Assembly (NCBI GenBank): GCA_964035575.1 | Contig: OZ037838.1 | Location: 2,032,990-2,052,989, forward strand | Direction: 5' to 3' | Source of the DNA: Rhynchopus sp. YZ270_cl-10 | Lineage: Eukaryota | Length of the DNA: 20,000 nucleotides | Part shown: piece after piece, positions 1 to 7,325 of the stretch | How the letters are laid out: the number at the start of each line of letters is the position of its first letter | Numbering within the stretch: position 1 is the first letter of the stretch | The notes under the pieces: generated by a model | Databases searched by the model: none | Seen by the model: the letters and a program-made list of their open reading frames with translations, nothing else | Told to the model about the DNA's origin: nothing | Position numbers and translations under genes: made by a program

Positions 1-2
1 AG

Positions 3-3000
3 AACATCGTGGTGGTGCAGGCTAGTGAGGACGACCCGCTGGTGCTCATCTCCCCGGGGTGCCGTTTCCTGACGGCCGCGGCCATTGCTAAGTTCCAAGA
101 CACGTTGGATACAGTGGTCATCAGCCTCTGCGGCTCGCATTTCGAATACGTGTCCGTAGGGGCGGACAACGCGAATTCGAAGGAGTCCGTCGCATGGAAG
201 ATGCGTAAGGCTGCGCGAGACGCCGTTTTGGACCCGGCCCAGAAGATCGGCCCCATCCCCACCACCACCAGGACGACGGCGCCCCTATCAACTAAGTTGG
301 GGAACATCAACGCCGAGCGAGTGTTCTGCCCCTTCGACAAGTGCCGCCAGGGAATCCTGTCATCCTTCAAGGGTGAGGGGCTGTGCAGGAAGAGCATCCT
401 GGACCACATGCGCCGGCACCAAGCAGAGGACTCTTATGTGTCGGACGACCTCCTCGGACACCTCGGGATGGCCCGCTGCGCCAATGATCAATGCGACAAA
501 ATCATCCCAGGTTCTAGAGAGTGGTGCAACCTATGTGAGGTGGCTTTTGGCGAGGCGGGTTTCACGGCCCCGGACCGACGTGATCGGGGCGGACTCACGG
601 CCGAAGATGACCTCCCTACTTTCGAGGCTATTGGCACCACGCGTGTGCAACTCAAAGGGGGCTGTCCGGAGGCTTACCTTGAGCAGTATTCGCGACTTTT
701 CCTGAAGGTTTTGCTGGACATACTGTCACACCAAGACGAGCTCGCGTGGAAAAAATTTGCTTTGTTTTTCACGGTCCTCCACAGAGTGCGGTCGGATCGA
801 GGGGGGGAGGGGCAGGCCAAGCGTCATTCTCGCGGTTGGGCGAAGGATTTGCAGCTCTGGGAAGAAGGGAAATTCGTCACTTTGTGGAACGACACCGTTG
901 AGGGCCGCAAACCTCCTGCTGCGTGGACTGACGGCGATACCGTAGAGGGGAAGAAGAAGCGAGCGGTGGCGAAGGCAAGGGCGGGTCTGCCAAGCCAGGC
1001 CATGACGAGCGCCACCAGCGCGGGTGTTGCCCCCCACACGAAGGTGACTTTGGAGAAGCTGGAGGCCAAGCACCCCTCACCCGACGCCGATCCGGGGGTT
1101 TTCGATTGGCCGGATACAGTTGACGTTCCGCCTGTGACGCCGCTTGAGTTGATGAAGGCCATGCGCAGCATGCCGCGATCGTCCGCAGCTGGCCCCTCCC
1201 ACGTCACGGGAGCTCACCTCCGTACCCTCTGTTTGCAGCGTCGGGCTGGGTCTAAGGGCGCTCTAGGGGCCTTGGCGGCTGTACTCTCCTCGCTGGCCAA
1301 AGGGGAGGCCCCGCCTGAGGTGTCCCATTTCCTGGCAGGGGCGAACCTGGTTGCTTTACGGAAGTTGGCAAAGACTCCCGATCAGGAGGAGGATGTGCGG
1401 CCCATTGCCGTTGGAGACACGCTCAGACGGCTGGTGGGCAAGATCCTGGCGACTCGGGTGCGTACTCAGTCCCGTTCCATCTTCCTCAGGGGGAACCAAG
1501 TGGGAGTGGCAATGCCCAGGGGTACTTCAGCGGCGGCGGATGTCATTGCGCAGTACGCAGAGCGCCACAAGGAGGATGACAAGGTAATCCTCAAAATAGA
1601 TTACCGCAATGCCTTTAACAGCATTGATCGGACCGAGATGCTTCGCGCCGTGGATGCACACCTCCCCGAGCTGGCTCCCTGGGTGAGGTGGTGTTACATG
1701 TCTCCATCTTGCCTTTTCTTCGGCGAGGCCATCGTGAGGTCACAGAGGGGGGCTCAGCAAGGGGACCCCCTCGGTCCTCTGCTGTTTGCCCTCACCATAC
1801 ACCAAATGACGTTGGAGCTCCGTAGTGTGCCGGACTTGGATGGTACGTTGTGGTACCTGGACGACGGCTCCTTGCGTGGCCCCCCAGAGGCGGTGTACAA
1901 GGCATACCAGATTCTGCTAGAACGCAGTGTCCGCCTGGGTCTGGAGGTGAACGAGAGTAAGTGTGAGCTCGTTGCGATGGGGGGTCTGACGGCGCAACAA
2001 CTTGGACAGGTCGGCTTTGTGATCCGGGACGATAAGCAGCAGGGAGGGGAGGGTTTCAAGCTGCTAAGCCACACGGGTTTCGAATTTTTGGGTCTGCCGA
2101 TTGGAACCAGTGCGTATTGTGAGGAGTACATGCTGGTAAAGATGGAGACAACGCGGTCTAACCTCAGGGCCCTCATCGAACTGGATGACGCGCAGGTGGC
2201 GTACTACATCCTGCGTTACTGCGAAGGCTTCTGCCGCATGGTTTTTTACATGCGTGGGGTGACGGTGGTGGCCACAAAGTACCTGGGGATTTTCGACGAG
2301 GAGATCGGCAAGTGCCTCGCTGCCCTCCTGCACGACGCTCACGGTAGCCTTCCGCAGCTCGCCAGGGACCAGGCTGCCCTCCCCATTGCAATGGGAGGTC
2401 TAGGGATACGCAGAACCCGGGATCACTGGTCGGCAGCAGCTCTTGCGTCCCAAGCTGGGAACTTCCAGTTGGCGCAAACCCTCGACCCACAGTACGCCTG
2501 GGATGCTCTGAGATGGAAGCATGCTGTTTCAGACTACAACGAGAGGGTGGACCTGAAGTACAAACTCAACACAGACCAGCCCACCCAGCTCCCTGTCCAG
2601 CAGAAGCTCTCGGCGGCTATTGTTGATGCGCAGGCAGACAAGCTCATGCTGGCCTTGAGCACGAGGGACCGTGCCCGCATGAAGTCCCTTCTCCTCCCCA
2701 TGTCCGGGGCGTACCTCACAGCGATCCCCTCCAACGCCAACATGTTGGAGAGCACCACCTTTGCGGCGGTGACGCGTTTCCGGCTAGGAGTGGCCATCCA
2801 TGTGCCGGACTCCGTCTGCTCTTGTTGCTCTGGTGCGGGGACGCAACTTAAGATGGACGCGTATGGGGACCACTCCTTCGCCTGTTCCCACAGGGGATGC
2901 AGAATCCGCCGGCATGATGCCCTGAAACTTGCTCTGGGGGAGGCCGCGACAGGTGCTGGTCTAGGCCCGGTGATCGAGCAGCGTACAGGGGAACCAGGTG

Positions 3001-6000
3001 AGGGTGGCCAGCGACCAGCTGACATTTACCTGCCAGGAGGCGTATCTGAGAGCGCGCCGCGGTGTTTGGATGTGACCCATGTCGCCCCGACCCTGCCCTC
3101 CTACCGCCGGCCCGCTGCGAAGTTTATTGGGTGGACGGCGAAGACTCAAGGTCAGAGGAAGAGGGAGAAGCACGAGTTGTACTGCCGGCACAGGATGTCC
3201 TTTTCGCCGGTGGTGTTTGAGGCCTTTGGCGGAGCTGGGGACGAGGCGAATTTGCTGTTAGCTCAGCTGGGTGGTCTGGCAAAAGATGTGTCTTCCCGTC
3301 TGGTGGGGTCGGCTGAGACGCGTATCCGCGAGCGGGTAGCTATTCGCTATCAGAAAGAAGTCGGTGCCTCTTTCCTGCGTAGGGGGGCTTTGTGCTTGGG
3401 GATTTCGACCATTGGTTCCCACAAGGAAAGCGGAACCCCGGAAGAGACGGACCCCTTGGACATGGACCGGTACGCTCGCAGCAGCAGCGACGCAGTGGAG
3501 CCCCTCCTCGTGGACCCCAACGCGCCAGATGACGACATGGCGAAGGTGGACGAACCCGGGACGCGGAAGCGCAAGCGTGATGACCCCCAGCCCTACGCGG
3601 AGGAGATGTCTCACGATTGGGAGGGCACCAGGCACAGAGCGGAGTATGCACTGGATTCCCCTGGGGAGCAGGCGGAAGATGTGTGCGACGCGTGGGAGCA
3701 GCTCAGGGAACAGGCACCTTCGGATTTGCCGTCCGCACTGTCGCAAGCGGCTACCCTGGGTGCGGCCCCAGTTCCGTGGGAGTTTGTTGAAGGGGATTGT
3801 GCTTTCCAGGCCCTGCTCCACGCAGCGAACGTGGACATGCCGGTTTTGGAGTTGCGCAAAGCCACAGTGGCCAAGGTCCAGGGCCGGCCTTTCCTTGCAC
3901 GCAAGACCCAGCCGGATTTCCGCCGTTGGGCACGTCTGATGACGAGCGGGGACAGGGGGGACCAGCGGACTTGGGCGGACACGATTGCAGTGGCCGGGGC
4001 GGGTGAAGCGCTCGGGGTGGTGGTCGTCATCCTTAGCGACCATTACAGACCTTCGCTCTGGGTCCCCTATACTGGAAAGCCCACCAAAGTTGTACTCCTG
4101 CTGCATTCAGGGACAAAAACCTTGGACGACGGAACCGAGATCCCTGCGCACTACGCTCCCCTGCGACCGAACCCGCAGTGGGAGTTTTACATCCTCTCGA
4201 GCACTTCCTCAGGTATTGTCCACATGAAGGTTTGCGAGTCAGTGAGCGAAATGCAGTTCTGTGGGGCACAGGGGGAGGCGAATTTTGGTGTGGAATGCGT
4301 GCAATGTCAATCGATATTCTTTCGATGTGACGCGCATTTCAGGTGTACTGCGTGTGGTACGGAGGTTTGTCTGCGGTGTGCCGAGGGTTCCAAGTTCTGC
4401 CATCTGTCGAAGGCAGGCGGGGTGGAGTTCCGCACCAGGGCGCCACCTGCCGCACAGCACGCTGCCGGTCCCAGGGGAGGGGCAGAGATGGAAGACGGGG
4501 AGACTCGCCCCCCGACCCCAACGACAGACCCGGCGGACACCCCCATGACGGACGACACTCCGGCGCCGGGTTTTGTGCGCCCAAAGGAGGAGACTCTGGA
4601 GGAAGAAGCCCCCGCCCGAGAAGAGAGTTTCGAGGAGGCGTCCCTCAGACAGCAGCTGGAGCAGGCACGCCGGGAGGCAGAGGCGTCCGCGGAGGCATTG
4701 CGGGAGGCGCGGCGGGGGGAGGAGGAACTTCGCGCCCAGTGTGAAGAAGAATGCTCTCGCTGGCGGCAGAAGTGCTGGGAAGCGGGCGAGGGAGATAAGG
4801 CGGCGAGGGACGAGGCGAGAGAGCAGCTGTGGCAGTACGAGCAGCAGCTGCGACAGCAGTCTGAGGACGCGGCGCAGGTGGAGCAACAGCAGAGGGAGAA
4901 GGCTGCACGGATGCAACAGCAGCAGCAACAAGCCGAGGTTTTGCGAGCTCAGTTGGAGCTACAGCAGCAACAGCTACATCAACAGCAGCAGGAGGAGGCT
5001 GCGCGGATGCAACAGCAACACCGACAGGCGGAGGAGTTGAGAGCCCAGTTGGAACTGCAGAAGCAGCAGCTGCAGCAACAGCAACAACAACAACAACAAC
5101 ACCAGCCGCCCCCACTACAGCAGCTGCCACAGCAACAGCCCCCGCCGCAACAGCCGCAGCAGCAGCAACAACACCACCAACACCTACCGCCGCAACAGCC
5201 GCTGCAGAAAGAATCACACCAGCCGCAACAGCCGCAGCAGCAGCAACATCAGCAGCAGCAGCAACACCACCAACACCAACAGCCACTGCAGAAAGACCAA
5301 CACCAGCCACGCCAGCCGCAGCAGCAACAGCAACACCAGCCGCAAGGGCCGCAGCAGCCGCAGCAGCAACAACACCAACCACTCCCTCCGCAACATCTGC
5401 AACACCCGGTAGATGGGGCTCAACCCCCCTGGCAGAAGAAGCAGGCGGGGTCTCCCCCCAAAGTGAAAATGGAGGCCGCTCCGACTGAATCCCCTCCCAA
5501 GGTGAAGATCGAGCCCCCGGAAGATCACAAGTCCCCCGAAACACCACCGCCTGTGCCTTTCAACGTGAAGCGTATGACGGACGAGAAGGCTCGGGAGACG
5601 GTCAGGGACATCCTGAAGGAGGCGAACGAGGTTTGGAAATGGAAAAAGACGGACATCCACGTGCGGGAGGGCCTCTACCCTTGCCTCTCCATGGGTAACC
5701 CTGTCCCTTCCGGTGTGACCCAGTGGATCGACATGTTCCACTACAGACAGGGTAGGGGTAAAAGCTGTCTCCCTACTAGTCAGATGACCCTGATAGCTTT
5801 CAAGGAGTGGCTAGCGGTAATGCGGGCCGCCGGGGTGGCTGCGAAGTGGTCCAAGGAGGAGGTGTCCACGGCCGCAAAAACCCGGAACTCGCTGGTCTCG
5901 AACAAAGCCGCCCGCAAGGATTGGGACAAAGCCGTGCAAGAGCGACAGGCGCGAGAAGAAGCGTCGCGGCAGGGTCGAGATCCTCAAGCCCAGCCATCCC

Positions 6001-6275
6001 ACCTTTCCTCCTCCTCCCCCAGCACAGGCAGTGGCAGCTACACCTCCAACGCCCAACCTGTGCCCTCCTCGTCCGTCAAGAAGGTAGAGCGCCCCGCTGG
6101 AGCTAGGACTGGAGACCGGTCATCCCAGGTGGTCGCAGGGGCCAGTGCCATTTTCCTGGAGAAAACGGCCTCGGCTCCGGTGCATGCGCGGCAGGCGCGA
6201 GTGGTACACCAGGAGGTGAACGTGCGCGCCCCCGGCCGCGGGGGAGGCGGCGGCAGGGGGACAAAGCGACGCTGA
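3..6275 (+). CDS. Retrotransposon polyprotein (partial, >2088 aa): OTU-like C-terminal half / Zn fingers / RT / RLE / OTU-like protease / Cys-rich finger / coiled coil-polyQ
   Basis: The frame is open from position 3, so the GTG at 9 is probably not the true start; stop TGA at 6273-6275. RT motifs: DVRPIAVGDTLRR (~1392), KIDYRNAFNSI, QGDPL (1758), YLDD (1854-1865), GLEVNESK, LGLPIG. RLE motifs: CSCC..H..C knuckle (2817-2885), RHD (2910), RPADI (3012), DVT, KREK, FEAFG. Confidence 0.93.
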   Translation, partial: NIVVVQASEDDPLVLISPGCRFLTAAAIAKFQDTLDTVVISLCGSHFEYVSVGADNANSKESVAWKMRKAARDAVLDPAQKIGPIPTTTRTTAPLSTKLGNINAERVFCPFDKCRQGILSSFKGEGLCRKSILDHMRRHQAEDSYVSDDLLGHLGMARCANDQCDKIIPGSREWCNLCEVAFGEAGFTAPDRRDRGGLTAEDDLPTFEAIGTTRVQLKGGCPEAYLEQYSRLFLKVLLDILSHQDELAWKKFALFFTVLHRVRSDRGGEGQAKRHSRGWAKDLQLWEEGKFVTLWNDTVEGRKPPAAWTDGDTVEGKKKRAVAKARAGLPSQAMTSATSAGVAPHTKVTLEKLEAKHPSPDADPGVFDWPDTVDVPPVTPLELMKAMRSMPRSSAAGPSHVTGAHLRTLCLQRRAGSKGALGALAAVLSSLAKGEAPPEVSHFLAGANLVALRKLAKTPDQEEDVRPIAVGDTLRRLVGKILATRVRTQSRSIFLRGNQVGVAMPRGTSAAADVIAQYAERHKEDDKVILKIDYRNAFNSIDRTEMLRAVDAHLPELAPWVRWCYMSPSCLFFGEAIVRSQRGAQQGDPLGPLLFALTIHQMTLELRSVPDLDGTLWYLDDGSLRGPPEAVYKAYQILLERSVRLGLEVNESKCELVAMGGLTAQQLGQVGFVIRDDKQQGGEGFKLLSHTGFEFLGLPIGTSAYCEEYMLVKMETTRSNLRALIELDDAQVAYYILRYCEGFCRMVFYMRGVTVVATKYLGIFDEEIGKCLAALLHDAHGSLPQLARDQAALPIAMGGLGIRRTRDHWSAAALASQAGNFQLAQTLDPQYAWDALRWKHAVSDYNERVDLKYKLNTDQPTQLPVQQKLSAAIVDAQADKLMLALSTRDRARMKSLLLPMSGAYLTAIPSNANMLESTTFAAVTRFRLGVAIHVPDSVCSCCSGAGTQLKMDAYGDHSFACSHRGCRIRRHDALKLALGEAATGAGLGPVIEQRTGEPGEGGQRPADIYLPGGVSESAPRCLDVTHVAPTLPSYRRPAAKFIGWTAKTQGQRKREKHELYCRHRMSFSPVVFEAFGGAGDEANLLLAQLGGLAKDVSSRLVGSAETRIRERVAIRYQKEVGASFLRRGALCLGISTIGSHKESGTPEETDPLDMDRYARSSSDAVEPLLVDPNAPDDDMAKVDEPGTRKRKRDDPQPYAEEMSHDWEGTRHRAEYALDSPGEQAEDVCDAWEQLREQAPSDLPSALSQAATLGAAPVPWEFVEGDCAFQALLHAANVDMPVLELRKATVAKVQGRPFLARKTQPDFRRWARLMTSGDRGDQRTWADTIAVAGAGEALGVVVVILSDHYRPSLWVPYTGKPTKVVLLLHSGTKTLDDGTEIPAHYAPLRPNPQWEFYILSSTSSGIVHMKVCESVSEMQFCGAQGEANFGVECVQCQSIFFRCDAHFRCTACGTEVCLRCAEGSKFCHLSKAGGVEFRTRAPPAAQHAAGPRGGAEMEDGETRPPTPTTDPADTPMTDDTPAPGFVRPKEETLEEEAPAREESFEEASLRQQLEQARREAEASAEALREARRGEEELRAQCEEECSRWRQKCWEAGEGDKAARDEAREQLWQYEQQLRQQSEDAAQVEQQQREKAARMQQQQQQAEVLRAQLELQQQQLHQQQQEEAARMQQQHRQAEELRAQLELQKQQLQQQQQQQQQHQPPPLQQLPQQQPPPQQPQQQQQHHQHLPPQQPLQKESHQPQQPQQQQHQQQQQHHQHQQPLQKDQHQPRQPQQQQQHQPQGPQQPQQQQHQPLPPQHLQHPVDGAQPPWQKKQAGSPPKVKMEAAPTESPPKVKIEPPEDHKSPETPPPVPFNVKRMTDEKARETVRDILKEANEVWKWKKTDIHVREGLYPCLSMGNPVPSGVTQWIDMFHYRQGRGKSCLPTSQMTLIAFKEWLAVMRAAGVAAKWSKEEVSTAAKTRNSLVSNKAARKDWDKAVQERQAREEASRQGRDPQAQPSHLSSSSPSTGSGSYTSNAQPVPSSSVKKVERPAGARTGDRSSQVVAGASAIFLEKTASAPVHARQARVVHQEVNVRAPGRGGGGGRGTKRR
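327..536 (+). other. N-terminal zinc-finger motifs of element 1 protein
   Basis: CPFDKC...DHMRRH (C2H2-like) followed by CANDQC...WCNLC. N-terminal fingers are typical DNA-binding modules of RLE-type elements. Confidence 0.7.
1140..2110 (+). other. Reverse transcriptase domain (approximate bounds)
   Basis: SAAGPS (domain 0), RPIAVG, DYRNAFNS, GAQQGDPLGPLLF, YLDD, GLEVNESKCE and FLGLPIG occur in canonical order. Confidence 0.95.
2817..3390 (+). other. CCHC knuckle plus PD-(D/E)xK restriction-like endonuclease domain
   Basis: CSCC-x-DAYGDHSFAC, RHD, RPADI, LDVT, RKREKH, PVVFEAFGG match the standard RLE motif series. Confidence 0.9.
3770..4165 (+). other. OTU-like cysteine protease domain (element 1)
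   Basis: VEGDCAFQAL (Cys codon 3798-3800), LR..V helix, WADTIAVAGAGEALGVVVVIL and HYAPL (His codon 4149-4151) follow the OTU Cys-box / W / His-box pattern. Confidence 0.78.
4900..5405 (+). repeat. In-frame CAG/CAA/CAC/CCG low-complexity repeat encoding polyQ with H and P
   Basis: Directly visible, with internal duplications such as ARMQQQ x2 and QQPLQK x2. Confidence 0.95.
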
Positions 6276-6483
6276 GCCTCCCCCCTTTTTTCTTCTCCCA
6301 TTTGTAATGTGTAGATTGTGAATTTTTTCCCCCATGTGTGTTTTTTCTATGGTTTTTTCTCCCCTTTCCCTTTCCCCTTTGTTCACAGCCCGGGTCTTTC
6401 CAGGAGTGTTCTCCTCTCAGGGCCCTCAGGGTGTTTTTTTTCCTTTTTTATTTCTCCTCCCCCATTTTTTCAGACAACAAGGA

Positions 6484-6487
<4 letters not shown>

Positions 6488-6517
<30 letters not shown>
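6488..6517 (-). other. 30-nt poly(A) tail of element 2 (poly(T) on +)
   Basis: T30 at 6488-6517 lies ~810 bp downstream of the element 2 stop codon on the minus strand. Confidence 0.72.
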
Positions 6518-6519
<2 letters not shown>

Positions 6520-7325
6520 CCCTAGGCTCGACTTTTTTTTGTTCCACATCAAACTGGACAGGGCAAGGGGGGTACGTTTATAATGCACATGAAAGGCGCT
6601 TGGTCCGAGCGAAGCGAGGGCCAAAAGTCTTACAATCAGTACATGTGCCGGTTTAGTTAGAACGAGGCACAAAAGTGAATTAAACGAGGGAGATATTTGT
6701 CATCAGCATGTCGCCCTATTATGTATCGTTGTTTGCCGAGCGAAGCGAGGCATACAACTATATTTAGCTCTATGACAATTTGGGATAAAGGAGGGGTGAA
6801 CATTAACACGGGAGAGGCAGGGGTGAATATAGACTGTCCAGTCTGTGTGGTTTTGCTGTATTTCCAGTATTGGTGCCCAGCTGGTTCTGGAGGGGAGGAA
6901 GGGGCGGGATGGGGCTTTCTTTTTACAATACGAAGTTCCTTTCTTGTTACTTTTGTTTTGTCTCTTGTAGTCTTTTTTGTTTGGATGATTAACGCCAGTA
7001 GCGACCCCCCATGGAACTCGTAGGGGATGGGGTGGGGGAAAAAATCTCCGTCGCTTACTCCTAGGCCGACGCCCACAGACAAACCGCCTCCTTGGCTTAC
7101 TCCTGACGTTTTCTGTGAGGGGGAAGATTTGGAATTTACATACAAGGGGCTTGACACCAGGGGGATTACACACATGTATCTAATGGGAGGGGTTGGGGGT
7201 AAAAAGGAAACAGGGAACTAAACAGGTGTTGCTACACACAAAAGTTGGGGTGGGGGAAAATAACAGAGAAGGGAAGGGCAACAGTGCCCACATAAACCAC
7301 AATCACAACCAATCGCGAGGCCCTT

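Larger units (their letters stand above)
1..6487 (+). mobile_element. Non-LTR retrotransposon with restriction-like endonuclease (CRE/SLACS/Cnl1/MoTeR-like clade), element 1; 5' end outside the window
   Basis: Single long ORF with RT followed by an RLE, then a pyrimidine-rich 3' UTR (6276-6487) ending in GGAAAAA at the poly(T) junction. Clade assignment rests on motif recognition (RPIAVG..LRRL, QQGDPLGPLLF, WYLDDG, LPIAMGGLG), not on a phylogeny. Confidence 0.88.

Noticed and set aside
1140..2110. RT as telomerase, Penelope, group II intron or retron type
   Set aside because: Domain 0, the QGDPL/YLDD context and the downstream CCHC-RLE fit an RLE non-LTR element; no GIY-YIG or TERT motifs are visible.
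373..6301. Many overlapping and antisense ORFs within element 1 (and within element 2)
   Set aside because: Expected shadows of a GC-rich long ORF and of the CAG repeat.
6640..6712. CTGATGA on the minus strand (~6701-6707) as a hammerhead ribozyme core
   Set aside because: I could not find a stem II followed by GAAA at a suitable distance.
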